Positions 25,933-38,786 of a DNA stretch of 64,000 bases are shown in pieces. The DNA comes from Octopus sinensis (lineage: Eukaryota), in assembly GCF_006345805.1 (NCBI RefSeq), contig NC_043003.1:106826001-106890000 (forward strand). The letters run 5' to 3'. A program made the position numbers and the translations under genes. The notes below the pieces were generated by a model. That model saw only the letters and a list, made by a program, of their open reading frames with translations, searched no databases and had not been told where the DNA came from. Every line of letters begins with the position of its first letter. Position 1 is the stretch's first letter.

Positions 25933-25967
25933 AAGTAGTAGTAGTAGAAGTAGTAGTAGTAGTAGTA

Positions 25968-26004
<37 letters not shown>

Positions 26005-26344
26005 TCAAACAAGTATTGTTGGTGGTGATGACTGTGTGGGTGATTATTTTACAGTGATGGTCATGGTTCATACCAGTGACGGTGATGAGATAAATATCTT
26101 TTTGTTTTTCATACACACACACACACACACACACACAACACTTGTATCACGGGCACCATCAATAGAATTATCGCCCTCACAGTCATCATTACCACCAATA
26201 TAAACACCACTGCTGCTGCTGCTGCTACTACTACTACTACTACTATATAGTCTCATACACACACCCACACCCACATGCCAATATGTGTATCACATTTTGT
26301 TGTCTTTTTTACATCTGAAAGAAGCACCAATTCCCAAATTTCTG

Positions 26345-26358
26345 CTTCTTCCAACGTC

Positions 26359-26389
<31 letters not shown>

Positions 26390-26905
26390 CTCTCTCTCTT
26401 TCTTTCTCTCTCTCTCTCCATCTCTCTCTCTCCATTTCTCTCTCTCTCTCCATCTCTCTCTCTTTCTCCATCTCTGTCTTTCTCTCTCTCTCTCTCCCTC
26501 TCTCTCTTTCTCTCTCTCTCTCCATCTCTCTCTTTCTCTCTCTCTCTCCATCTCTCTCTCTCTCCTTCTCTATCTCTTTCTCCCTCTCTTCTTCTTTCTT
26601 TCGCCAAATCCATCTCCATCTTTCCATCTCTCTCTCTCTTTCCTACCATCTCTCTCTCGCTCAGTCTCTCTTCATCTCTCTCTCCATCTCTCTCTTTCTC
26701 TCCATCTCTCTTTCTCTCCATCTCTCTCTTTCTCTCCATCTCTCTCTTTCTCTCCATCTCTCTCTCTCTTTTCTCTCTCTCCATCTCTCTCTCTCATCTC
26801 TCTTTCTCTCTCTCTCCATCTCTCTCTCTCATCTCTCTTTCTCTCTCTCTCCATCTCTCTCCCCCCCTCTCTCTTTCTCTCCATCTCTGTCTTTCTCCAT
26901 CTCTC
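26345..26905. repeat. (CT)n/CCATCT compound microsatellite
   Basis: Direct reading; source of the Leu-Ser and Glu-Arg ORFs. Confidence 0.95.
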
Positions 26906-27309
26906 TCATGAGTCGTCTACAGATAGAATTAACGTTCCATGAAATTCCAAGATTTGTCTTGTGAGAGGTGCAAACGAAAACCCACCACGAAGAGCTCAAC
27001 CGACCAGAAATCAATAAAAACTCACTGACAAACCCCACCACATGGATAAACAACTTCCTACAAAAATAGGGGACACTTCCAATTCCTGAAATATTCACCA
27101 GAGCAAACTTGGCAAATAGTAAATTGTTGTTCCTCTTTTACTTCATGGTTTTTGTTGGGTTTTTTTTTTTTGCTTTTTTTTGTGGTAGACTTTGATTTAT
27201 TCTTTTGGCCACTGGACTCCACCCCCCCCCCCAACACCCCCACCCCACACATTCTTTTATTTTTGCAATTCTTATGTGTTAATTCTCTAATTAGATAAAT
27301 AAGAGTCTC

Positions 27310-27785
27310 CTTGTGTGTGTATGTGCATGCGTGTGTGCATGCGTGTGTGCATGCGTGTGTGCATGCGTGTTCGTGTGTGTGCATGCGTATGTGTGGGCAT
27401 GCACATGTGTGGGCATGCAAGTGCATATGTGTGCATTCATGTGTGTATGTGTGCATGCACATGTGTGTGTGCATGTATGTGCATGTATGTGCATGTGTGT
27501 GTGCATGTATGTGCATGTGTGTACATGCATGTGTGTGTCTGTGTTTGCATGTACATGTGTACGCATGTGCACGTGTGTACATGTATGTGCAGATTCATGT
27601 GTGTGCATGCGTGTTCGTGTGTGCATGGATATATGTATGTGCATGTGTGTGCATGCATGTGTGTGTGCATGTGCATGTGTGTGCATGTATGTGTGTGTGC
27701 ATGCATGTGTGTGTGCATGTGCGTGTTTGTGTGTGTGTGTACGTGTGTGTATGCAGGTGTGTGTGTGCATACATATGTGCATGAA
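27310..27785. repeat. (TG)/(TGCA) compound microsatellite
   Basis: Direct reading. Confidence 0.95.
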
Positions 27786-27879
27786 AGAAACAGTAGTAAA
27801 ATGAGAGTGAAAGGAAGAGTGAGAGGATAGACGTTGTGAAGCCCTCAAAGGGTCATTGACTGCTGTGTTTAGCATTATA

Positions 27880-28420
27880 TTAGGCCAGAGACCTCTGGAG
27901 ATATGCAGTGATTGAGAAGACCCAGCAAGTAAAGTGAGGTCACAGCCATAGCCTATACCAGTGTCGCATAACCAACCCATTTAAAACGTACTTTTGAATC
28001 ATAGGGCGACACGCCATGCTTGTGGAGACCTGTTGTGTCTAGTAAAATCAAAAATGGAAATTGTAGCTGTGGCTGATACCAGTGCCACCTGCCTGGCTCT
28101 CAAGCTTGAGGCACACAATAAGCACCATTCATGCGTTGGTTGTTGCCAGTGCCACCTGACTGGCTCCCCATGCTGGTGGCACGTGAAATGTACTATCTGA
28201 ACGTGGTGGTCGATGCAAGCCCCCCCTGCCCTAACTGACTCCAATGCCCGGCAGTTCACGTAAAAAGCACCATCTGAACATGGCCGATCCCAGTGCCGCG
28301 GTATCCAGCTGTAAAAACCTTGCCAGACCAGACTGGAGCCTGGTGCAGCCTCCTGGCTTGCCAGTCCCCAGTCAAACCGTCCAACCCATGCCAGCATGGA
28401 AAACAGACGTTAAACGATGA
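27880..28420 (+). mobile_element. RTE 3'UTR fragment
   Basis: GAGAAGACCCAGCAAG start, 60-bp units and terminal segment with (GAT)n. Confidence 0.8.
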
Positions 28421-29045
28421 TGAGGAGATTTTCTTGCTCTCCCCACGGTGAGTTCAAATGCTGCCATGGTTGACTTTACCTTCTGTCCTTCCAGGGTTGA
28501 TAAAATAAGTACCAGTTGAGCACTGAGGTCAATGTAATTGACTAGCCCTGCCACGCCACCCTCACCCCCCAAAAAATTTGGAGCCTTGTGCCCCTATTGT
28601 GGAAAGAATTATGATAAGCTGGTAGACTCGTTAGCATGCCAGGCTAAATGCTTGGTTGTATTTCACCCGTCATTACATTCTGAGATCAAATTCCACTGAG
28701 GTCAACTTTGCCTTTCACTTTTTTGGGGGTTGATAAATTAAGTACCAGTGAAACACTGGGGGCTGATTCATCGACACATCTTCTCCCCCAAAATGCCTGT
28801 TCTTGTGGCAAAATTTGAAACCATTATTATTGTTTTGACTCAGGTTCATTCTTATTCCTGGTGAAATTTGTGTGGGTAGCAGGTTACTACCTGTAACCTA
28901 GGTATCCAAAATCTTTCAGAAGTCTTTCAAATGCTTAAGACCCCACCTCCACGCCTGATGATCTTTCCTGTCCCTTAGAAGGCAAACTTTCCGTAGAAGC
29001 TCTGAAGGACATTCTATTCCAATCTCTTTCAACCATTTGTTCAGA

Positions 29046-29872
29046 GAGATATGCTGTGCTTGAGAAGACCCGGCAAGCCAAATGAGACCATCACCATGGC
29101 CTAAGCCAGTGCTGTGTAACCATTCCATTTAAGAGTACCCTTCAATCACTGGACAATAAACTATGCCTGCGAAGACCTGTTGAGGCAAGTGAAATCAAAA
29201 TCACTGACATGGCCAATGACAGTACCTATTTCTTTATTACCCACAAGGGGCTAAACATAGAGGGGACAAACAAGGACAGACATAGGTATTAAGTCGATTA
29301 CATTGACCCCAGTGCGTAACTGGTTCTTAATTTATCGACCCCGAAAGATGAAAGGCAAAGTCGACCTCGGCGGAATTTGAACTCAGAACGTAGCGGCAGA
29401 CGAAATACCACTCAGCATTTCGTTCGGCGTGCTAACGTTTCTGCCAGGCATTCTCTCGCCAATGACAGTACTGCCTGATTGACACCCGTGCCAGTGGGAC
29501 GTTAAAAGCACTATTCGAGCATGGTCATTGCCAAGGCCACTGACTGGCTCCCGAACCAGTGGCATGTAAAAAAAAGCACCATTCAGGTGTGGTTGTTGCC
29601 AGTGCTGCCACACTGGCGCCTGTGCAGGTGACACATAAAAAGCACCATTTGAGCGTAGCCGATGCCAGTACCACCTGACTGGCCTTCATGCCAGTGGCAT
29701 GTAAAAGCACCCACTACACTCTCAGAGTGGTTGGTGTTAGGAAGGGTATCCAGCTGTAGAAACCCTGCCAGACCAGACTGGTTCCTGGTGCAGCCTTCTG
29801 GCTTGCCAGCCCTCAGTCAAACTGTCCAACCCATGCCAGTATGGAAAGAGGGTGTTAAACGATGATGAGGAC

Positions 29873-29910
<38 letters not shown>
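29046..29910 (+). mobile_element. RTE 3'UTR inserted into the R4/Dong-type LINE
   Basis: Homology to 2740-3362; splits the host LINE between ...ISK and KWLKE. Confidence 0.85.
29226..29457 (-). mobile_element. SINE-II with 14-bp TSD
   Basis: GCCAATGACAGTAC at 29212-29225 and 29458-29471. Confidence 0.92.
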
Positions 29911-29913
<3 letters not shown>

Positions 29914-30002
29914 ACTTATAGTAACCAATGCTCCAGTTTTTATAGGCACAACCTTTACAGTTTTTATATTCCAAATTCTTGCAATTTTAAATTTTAAAGG
30001 AT

Positions 30003-30213
30003 TACTCTTACTCTCTTTTACTTGTTTCAGTCATTTGACTGCGGCCATGCTGGAGCACCACTTTTAGTCAAGCTAATCGACCCCGGGACTTATTCTTTGT
30101 AAGCCCAGTACTTATTCTATCGGTCTCTTTTGCCAAACCGCTAAGTAACGGGGACGTAAACACACCAGCATCGGTTGTCAAGCAATGCTGGGGGGACAAA
30201 CACAGACACACAA

Positions 30214-30244
<31 letters not shown>

Positions 30245-30416
30245 CATATATACGACAGGCTTCTTTCAGTTTCCGTCTACCAAATCCACTCACAAGGATT
30301 TGGTCGGCCCGGGGCTATAGCAGAAGATACTTGCCCAAGATGCCACGCAGTGGGACTGAACCCGGAACCATGTGGTTGGTTAGCAAGCTACTTACCATGC
30401 AGCCACTCCTGCGCCT
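30003..30416 (-). mobile_element. Young SINE-I inside the R4/Dong-type LINE
   Basis: Removing it restores ...KYNPLKFKI in the host frame. Confidence 0.92.
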
Positions 30417-31564
30417 TGTATTTTTTTGTTTTCTTTCTTTACAATCCTGGAATCAAACGGACAAGATGGATCAATTAGTAGGCAACATTGCTTTTCCTTG
30501 TCTATTATTGCTATCTTTGGTCTGTTATTTTGTAATTTCTTGTGTGTTTCAATAGGGAATTCCCACAGAATCTTACAATTTTCCAACTCCAGCAGTCATT
30601 TGACCCCATGTTCATACCATGGGTCTCCAGCTTCAAATCACCATTTCTAGCAAAGTTTCCAGTGTAAAACACATCTCTTTCTCTTTCTCTCTCTTTCTCT
30701 CTCTCTCCATCTGTCTCTCTTTCTCTCTCTCCTTCTCTATCTCTTTCTCCCTCTCTTCTTTCTTTCGCCAAATCCATCTCCATCTTTCCAACTCTTTCTC
30801 TCTTTCCTACCATCTCTCTCTCTCTTAATCTCTCTCCATCTCTCTCTCTTTCTCTCTCTCTCCATTTCTCTTTCTCTCTCTCCATCTCTCCAACTTGGTC
30901 ATGCCTCCATTTCTTATATTCTTCCTGTGCCAATGTGTGGCATTCTCTCACAATGTGTGCCACTATCTTGTTCCAAGTTCCACAGATTCTACATTTTTCT
31001 GACATATTCTCCCCATGTACATCTTTTCTCAAGTTGTTTGTTTTTATCACTTGATCCTGGCTGCTACAATTAGCCCCTCTGTTTCTGTTTTTGATTGCCT
31101 TTTTTTTTAACCAAGCCCTGGATTTTGTTCTACATACACCTTCAGTGGCTCTCCAGAATTGACCATAACATGTTCTCTTTGAATTTCATTCTTGTCCTTT
31201 TCTCTTATTCCACACTTGGTCACCAGTTCCTTATTCACCATCTTTAATAGTTTCTTTCTGCTGTTCTATAAATATTCTAGTAAGCGTTACCTTTCCATCT
31301 GTGCACACTCTTCTATAACAATTAAGCCTCTTCCACCCTGGTTTCTCTTTAGGTACTCCCAGTTGATATCAGCTTTCAGATGGTGGGTTCCATGCATTGT
31401 CAACAACTTTCTAGTTTTTCTGTCAAGTTCTTGTATGTCGTTTTTTTGGTCCAGTCTATAATTCCAACTCCATACTTGATTAGGAGTATTGCTCTTGCAT
31501 TTATTGCTTCAATAACATTTTTTGCATTCAGCTTTGACTGCAATTATTTTCTCACCCTTCTCTC

Positions 31565-32350
31565 TGCTGGTGATTTTTTTCATTATTATTGAGCGAGAGA
31601 GCAGTGCATGCCATCAAAGTGACACTGGGGTACAAATATACAAAGCCCAGTATACCCATCATGACTACCCATCTGATGAGAGTACACCAGGTACATGAAT
31701 CACAACCATATGTGTGCGACATGGTGATCCCATATCAAGATTAGCAGTGCATGACCTTGCAGGTAGGGCCCAGTTAGAATTTTTTCAGGTCAAGTAGCCC
31801 ATGCCACTCAAAAGGTACCTGAATAAGGTTTGTTTAAGGATGTTGAATGAAATACCCATGTTTCCAGAGGTGAATTACCCAAACCCCAAAGAATTCCCTC
31901 CAAAACACATGACTGTCATTCTCCCCCACTACATCTGCTTGCAATCAGTGATGCACATATCATCAACCACCAAGGGACATGCTCAACTGGTTAAGGTCAA
32001 ACAAGCAAATCTGTGGTATTGAGCAGAATAAGGTGGCGAGCTGGCAGAAACGTTAGCACTCCAGGTGAAATGCTTAGCGGTATTTTGCCTGCTGCTACAT
32101 TCTGAGTTCAAATTCAGCCGGGGTCGACTTTGCCTTTCATCCTTTCGGGGTCGATAATTTAAGTACCAGTTACGCACTGGGGTTGATGTAATCGACATAA
32201 TCTGTTTGTCCCCTCTGCGTTTAGTGCCTTGTGGGTAGTAAAGCAATAGGTATTGAACAGAATATTTGCTGTAGCCCATCTTTTATACCAACACAAAACA
32301 ATGTACATGATAACACTTCCAATCAGTTAAGATCAGAATCCATGAGAGCC
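31565..32350. mobile_element. Unclassified interspersed-repeat-like segment next to a short TTA tract
   Basis: Abrupt compositional change at the LINE boundary; no ORF; hosts a SINE-II. Single copy in this window. Confidence 0.35.
32031..32248 (+). mobile_element. SINE-II with 16-bp TSD (1 mismatch)
   Basis: GGTATTGAGCAGAATA 32015-32030 vs GGTATTGAACAGAATA 32249-32264. Confidence 0.9.
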
Positions 32351-32545
32351 AGATGGAAAGCTGGCAAAATCATTAGTAAGTCAGACAAAATGCTTAGCAG
32401 CATTTCTTCTAGCTCTTTACATTCTGGGTTCAAATCCTACCGAGGCTGGCCATGCTTTTCATCCTTTCAGGGTTGCTAAATAAGTACCATTGAGTAACGA
32501 AAGGTAGAGGGAGAGAGGTGGAGTGAGAGAAATAGAGAAGGAGTG

Positions 32546-32626
<81 letters not shown>

Positions 32627-33304
32627 AAGAGTTTTGGTGAGAGAGAGGAGCACCGGAGGTGGTATTGAATTACACCTTCCCCTAATATTATTGGCCTTGA
32701 TCCTAAATATGAAACAATTATTATTACATCTGAATTAAAAACAATAAATTATCTCCAGCAAACTCCAACCTTTTTGACTTCATGGAACATGGAACAGCAA
32801 ATAGAGACTCACCCGTGCATTTCCAGAAAAGTTTTTTAAAAATTGTTTGAATAAAAAAAAATATAGAAATCTGTTGTTTAATTTGTTTTATTAATCATAT
32901 TTGCGTATGACGACATTGTAAACAACATGTTTGTCAAAACAATCAAATATTACATGGCTTCTCCAAAACCTTAAATTATATTTATTTTTTAAATTTCACA
33001 GAACACTTTGAAACCTCTTCCAGCATATTGTCAGGAGACCACTGCTTAACAAGGGTCACTTAACCTGTAAAAATTCACAGCCAAATCTTCCTCAAATTCA
33101 GCCTTGCCAACATATTAAAGAAAAAATATGCACAGGCGTGGCTGCGTGGTTAAGAAGCTTGTTTCCCTACTTCTCAACCATATGACCATGAGTTCAGTCC
33201 CACTGTGCAGCACCTTGGGCAAGAGTCTTCTACTATAGCCCCAGACCAATGAATATACATGAATTTTGTTGAAAGAAACTGTGAGGAAGCTCACTGTATA
33301 TATA

Positions 33305-33600
33305 CTTGGCTTGGTGGTTAGGGTGTTGCACTCACAATTGTGAGATCAGGGTTCAATTCCCAAACTAGGTGTTGCGTTGTGTTCTTGAGCAAAGCACTTC
33401 ATTTCAAGTTGCTCTGCGATCATTTCGACATCTGATTTGTGGCATCCAGTTGCACCTGTACAGGTAATGTCAATCTGATGGAAGGAGTGAGCCTATATCT
33501 AGACAAACATTTGATCACTATAAACATATCATCTGCGTGGTTGTCCAATAAGAAATTGTTGGACCCTCATTCATCATCTAACGACAGGAGAGTCCATCAT
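33305..33600 (+). mobile_element. tRNA-derived SINE (other family)
   Basis: GGCTTGGTGG..GGGTTCAATTCCC head followed by TTGTGTTCTTGAGCAAAGCACTT. Confidence 0.7.
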
Positions 33601-33829
33601 ATATGTATATATATAAAGCATTTGGTCACCCTGCAGGGTTAAATACAAAACCTGCCAAAAGGGCAGATGAACTCTGAAGAGCCAATGGCCATCCAAATAA
33701 GCAACTGTTGTTACTATTTATGAGGCTTATTAAGCCCTTACCTGCTTAAGACAGTAGCAATAATGGCAACTCCACTGCCTCGCAGCAATACCCACTTAAA
33801 GGAAAGGCTTTGGGAGTAAACACTGAGGG

Positions 33830-34865
33830 TAAATCAGGGGCTGGAGTCCCTAAGGCAGTTTGATGTTGCAGACAACCTCATTCTGGCAACTCCTGAAGCA
33901 CCACTGGTGCCAAGTCGCATTGGCCCCTGCCCTTCCCTTGGATAACACTGGTGGCAGTGGAGAAGGGAGACATATTGCATGAGCAACTGCTGATCTCCCA
34001 TGGAAAACTGCCCAGGCCTGTGCCCTAGAGAGGTCACTCCAGCGTCATCTCACTGTGGCAGCAAAACAAGGAAAGCAGAAGTCCACCAGTTTTAAGCCTG
34101 CACATAATTGGCTTAAGAGCAAGGTGCCAGAGGCTGCTTTTAATGGAGGGAGAGGCCATTGTGCCTCACTGGACCACTACCATCCACTTCAAGCTGGGCA
34201 GCCCCCAGCCAGTTAGGTGCTATCCCATCACAGTCCACTTGCTCCCCTGGGAGCGTGAAGCTTAGGGAAACTAACATCCCAAATCATAAGCTGTAAACAT
34301 TGCAGCAAAAAATTGAACAAGCAAGCAATGCAGGAAACCAGTATTCAGACATGGATGCTGAACCATAAGGACCATGTCAACTGGTCAGTCAGAAGTCCTT
34401 TGAAAGATCAGCAACACATGCAAATCAGCGACAAAGTGAACATTGCAGCACTCCAGGAAATGAAACACTCAGATTCAGGGACCCTTCGTGAAAGAGACTA
34501 TGCATTTTTCTAGCACAGGAAAGGCATAGATGAAGTCAGAGAGCATGGTGTCAGCTGTTCCAGGAAGAACTCTCTGCTAAAGTTGGTAGAACTCAACTGT
34601 GAAAGTTCAGAGTGGATATTCTCACTTCGATTGCACACACCTGTTGTGCCTATCAACCTTATCAGTGATTATGTTCCAACCCTATATTCTTCACAAGACA
34701 TCAAGGATAAGTCCTATGATCAGATTCCTAGGAAAATACAAGTGATCCCAAATGGAGAACAGCCGGTGCTACTTGGTGACTGCAGCACCAGAGTGGGCAC
34801 TGATCATGATTACTGGCCGGGGTGTCTGGGTCAGTACAGGCTTGGTAACATGAACGAAAATGGGC
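33830..34865 (+). mobile_element. RTE-BovB-like LINE 5' region with decayed APE endonuclease
   Basis: NIAALQEMK..DSGTLRERDYAFF, INLIS.YVPTL, VLLGD..TRVG.DH..WPGCLG....GNMNENG. Confidence 0.85.
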
Positions 34866-35214
34866 ATGGAAACAGGTGAGGACTGATTAGGAAAAGGGGT
34901 CTGGCCATAGAAAATCTGCCTCAACTAATTCTGTCTGAGCCATATAAGCTTGGAAATGTAGACATTAAAATGATGATGAGAATGATGGGATGATGACAGT
35001 GGTGGTGGTGGTGGTGGTGGTTGTGGTGGTGATGGTGATAGCGGTGGTGGTGGTGGTGGTGGTGGTGGTTGTGGTGGTGGTGGTGGTGGCGGTGGTGGTG
35101 GTGGGGTGGCAGTGGTGGTGATGGTGGTGGTGGTGGTGGCGGTGGTGGTGGTGGTGGCGGCATTGGTGGCAGTGGTGGTGGTGGTGGTGGGGTGGCAGTG
35201 GTGGTGGTGTCAGT

Positions 35215-35620
35215 GAGTGAGAGGCACAGTAATAGCCCTTAATTCTGCAGCTGTCCCAGACTCGTGAGATTGTTAGGGATTGGAGTTCAGCTCGAACATC
35301 TGTCTGTGAAGGTTTGTAAGGAAACTTGCAGGAAAGGAATTCCAAAGATTTGCAATTCTGGTGAAGAAAGAAGAACTGAGCAAAAATGGTTTGTGCTAAG
35401 CTTGGACGATGTGACATAACGAGGTCGACAGAGAAGAGACAGGTGAGGTGAGTTTGGTTTCAGTAGAAAGGTTACGCAGCTTGTGAGCTCAGATAAGAGG
35501 ACACCATTGTCATGGTAATGAAAGAGGCAAAGAATGGGATATTGCATCAGTGATTGTAGTGTTTTGGTGAATGGTTTCTTTGAAATGAAGTCCAGGATTC
35601 TATGCATGCAGCAGTGCCAA
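35215..35620 (-). mobile_element. CR1/L2-group LINE 3' end
   Basis: Minus-strand pieces SELTSCV, TNHF, FFTRIANLWNSFP resemble the conserved CR1/L2 ORF2 terminus. Confidence 0.65.
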
Positions 35621-36829
35621 CCAAAGCTGGTGTCCTATTATAGGTCTTAACTCATTTGATATTCTTCATTTTTAACCTTTCATTTAAAAAATTTTCCTTT
35701 CATGATTTTCGTTTAATGTTCATTAAAGCTGAAATATTAACAAATCCATTTTTTCCTCTTCTGCCTCATCACCATTGTTCCAGTTTTCAATGTGCTTCTC
35801 TGTTGATACAACATTGTTAACATTAATGTTTTGCTTTTAAAAGGACAAACAACCAGAAGTTATGTGACTTTGATAATATTCACTTTGCTCACACTATTTG
35901 TTTTCTGTTATTCTTTTTCTTTTAAGTGGGTATTTGTTTGTTTTTTTATTCCACCAAGATTATAACAGCTTCAGCGAGGAGAAAAAAAACAAATAAATTT
36001 TACTTAAGAACTGAAGAGAAAGACGCTTCATATATATCCATCAAATTCTTGAGACAAACAGTTTAGAAAAATTTAATTATACGTAAAAAGCTGTGCGCCA
36101 GCAGAATCGTTAAGATGTCAGACAAAATACTTTGCAGCATTTTTTCTGTATCCTTATGTTCTGAGTTCAAATCCAGCCAAAGTCAATCTTGCTTTTCATC
36201 CCTTTGGAGTCGATAAAATAAAGAACCAGTCAAGTACTGGAGTCGATCTGATCAATTTTCCCCCTCCCCTCAAAATTGCTTGCCTTGAAGCATGCAATGG
36301 ACCAGCGTAGCATTGTGGGTGATGTTGCTATTTCAGTCACTTACCCACCATAAAAGCCAGGTAAAAACCAGGTGAACAACCAAACGAGTCTGAAGGACTG
36401 GGGAGAAAAAACAAAAAGCTAAAATATTATATTAAAAGCACTAATGTTGGTGCCACAGGAAAAGCATCCAAGTACACTTTGCAAAAGGGGTTGGAATTAG
36501 GAAGGGCATCCAGCTGTAAAAAAAATAGACAATGGAACCTGATACAGCTCTTCAGCTGGTCAGGTCCTGTCAAACCATCCAACCCATATCAGCCTGGAAA
36601 ATAGGTGTTAAAGGATGATGATGATCATCATTATCATCATCGTTTCAAAGAGAAAATAAACCGTCCCCTGAGTGAAACTTTCTAGTTTTCTTTTTCTATT
36701 CCTTGCTTTTTTTTTTTCATCCAGACCACTTTAAACGCAAACATAATATTGATCATCTTTTTTTGACCAGAAGGGCACATTTCAAGTGCGTTTCATGTGG
36801 TCAGATGATCAATAAAAAGTTTTATATGG

Positions 36830-37335
36830 ATGTCAAAATCAAAATCGGTGACGTGGCTGATGACAGTACTGCCTGAGTGACACTCCTGCCAGTGGAACAT
36901 TAAAAGCACATCCAAGCATGATCGTTGCCGGGGCCACGAATTGGCTCCCATGCCAGTGGTATGTAAAAAGCACAATTCATGCATGATCGTCGCCAGCATC
37001 ACCTTATAAGCATATGTGCCAGTGGCATGTGAAAAACAACATTCGAGCGTGGTCATTGCCAGTGCCGCAGGACTGGTTCCTGTACAGGTAAGCACATAAA
37101 AAAACACCTTTTGAATGTGGTCGTTGCCAGAACCCCCTGACTGGCCCTCGTGTCGGTGGCACGTAAAAGCACCCACTACACTCTCGGAGTGGTTGGCGTT
37201 AGGAAATGCATCCAGCTGTAGAAATATTGCCAGATCAGACTGGAGCCTGGTGCAGCCTTCTGGCTTCCCAGTCCTCAGTCAAACAGTCCAACCCATGCCA
37301 GTATGTTAAGCGGACATTAAGCGACAATAATGATG
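36830..37335 (+). mobile_element. RTE 3'UTR fragment with about five 60-bp units
   Basis: Homology to 2880-3362. Confidence 0.85.
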
Positions 37336-37510
37336 AGGCCTTGAACAAACGACCCAAATGAAAAGCTCTGAGGCAAGGACTAACAAAATCTGCTGGATGT
37401 AATCCCCCGACTCATCTACTCTTGGTGACTTTTTGGTGAGCCACAAGATGACTCATGTCACCCAGACGCCCTACTCTTCAGATTGGACCCTGCAGACTTT
37501 TTTGTTGCTC

Positions 37511-37529
<19 letters not shown>

Positions 37530-37552
<23 letters not shown>

Positions 37553-38030
37553 CATCCAACGTCCATGTCCCATCCTAGCATGTGCTGGATGGTTTGACAG
37601 GATCTGATGTGTCCAAGGACAGCTACATGCTTCAGTGTCAGTTGTGGTTTCTACAGCTGGATGCCCTTCTTAATGCCAACCATTTTATAGAGTCTGTTGG
37701 ATGTTTTTTTTTCTTTTGTGCCACCAACATGCAGATCAAAAGACTACAAAACCTGGTGAAGGGGGGGTGAATTTATGTGAGGAGTTGGAGGTTTAAAGCA
37801 CGGCTCTTCAAGGTGTGAAGTAAATAGGTGTTAGGGCAGTGGGACTGAGAGTGTAGTGGGTAGGTGTGTGTGTGTCGGGGTTGTTGTCAGAGTGTACGGG
37901 ACAGGGGGAAAGCGAGAGATGGGAGGTAGGCAACAATTTTAAAGACTGGTTTTGATTGAAGAGTGGATGTAAGGAATATTGATGACCAATGGTACATGAT
38001 TTGGGGGAAAGTAGAGGAAAGTAGAAGGCA
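37530..38030 (-). mobile_element. Third copy of the non-RTE-body / RTE-tail family
   Basis: RTE-type terminus; upstream reads PVFKIVAYLPSL vs PIFTAVAYLPSL at 8.85 kb. Confidence 0.5.
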
Positions 38031-38078
38031 GTGGAAGAGAGAGAGAGAGGAGAGAGAGAGAGGGAGAGAAAGAGAGAG

Positions 38079-38222
<144 letters not shown>

Positions 38223-38269
38223 ACATGGTTCGGTTGGCTGCAGGAGTGAATAACCCCTCTGAATGTTTA

Positions 38270-38385
38270 TTAGTTTCAGATGATTGAAGACATCAAAGAA
38301 AATTTGCTTCGTGATTTGGCCCCTATCCATTAAAAGTAGATTCCAGAATGTGTTCTAAAACTGGGGAAAAATGTTGAGAGTTTAT
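38270..38385 (+). mobile_element. Small mariner transposase C-terminal remnant
   Basis: IEDIKENLLRDLAPI followed by decayed sequence resembling the CF.NW.KRW region. Confidence 0.45.
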
Positions 38386-38414
38386 CTATCAACAGTGGCT
38401 GGAAGAATTTTTTA

Positions 38415-38786
38415 TCTCTCTATATATAAACGGCAGTTTGTCTGTGTGTGTTTCTGTGTGTCTGTTAGGTTGTACCCTCTCCCTGACCACGGCTTTCAAC
38501 CGATTCTGATGAAACTTGACACACACATAGCCCAATGTCATAATTCAAAACTAACGCAGCGAAAATTTTGAAAAGTTCCCCCAGTTCTGAAAAAATTCGA
38601 TAAATTCGACATGGGGTCGAGAATCAGAAACACAAACCACAGACTGTCTAGGGGACACAACTCGACCTTTTTAACTAAAAAAAAAATTTACCATAATTTT
38701 TTTTCCATTTTTTGGCTATAACTCTCTAAAAATGCTTTATAGTTATTTCCCTTACAAACCCGAGCAACGCCGGGCGATACTGCTAG
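38415..38786 (+). mobile_element. Non-autonomous Helitron (372 bp)
   Basis: 5' TC(TCTCTATATATAAA); 3' hairpin CCCGAGCAACGCCGGG (38759-38774) then CTAG (38783-38786); inserted between A38414 and T38787 with no TSD. Confidence 0.88.

Larger units (their letters stand above)
28860..31560 (-). mobile_element. Decayed R4/Dong-type LINE 3' half interrupted by three insertions, one of which carries a nested SINE
   Basis: Collinear minus-strand pieces CRICGTWNKIVAHIVREC, RHDQVG, VLHWKLC, ILWEFPIET..NRPKIAII..LLIDPSCPFD, LKFKIARIWNIKTVKVVPI.TGAL, KWLKEIGIE..LLRKVCLL (CCHC knuckle plus PD-(D/E)xK endonuclease). Confidence 0.85.

Noticed and set aside
26275-26964. Long Leu-Ser / Glu-Arg ORFs
   Set aside because: (CT)n repeat translation; same for the Cys-Val, His-Thr and Ile-Tyr ORFs throughout the window.
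26910-27130. Possible exon after a CT tract (CTACAG acceptor)
   Set aside because: Early stops in all frames and no convincing donor.
32755-33045. hAT-like MITE
   Set aside because: Terminal match (CAGCAAACTCC vs reverse of GGAGACCACTG) is too weak and no 8-bp TSD is seen.
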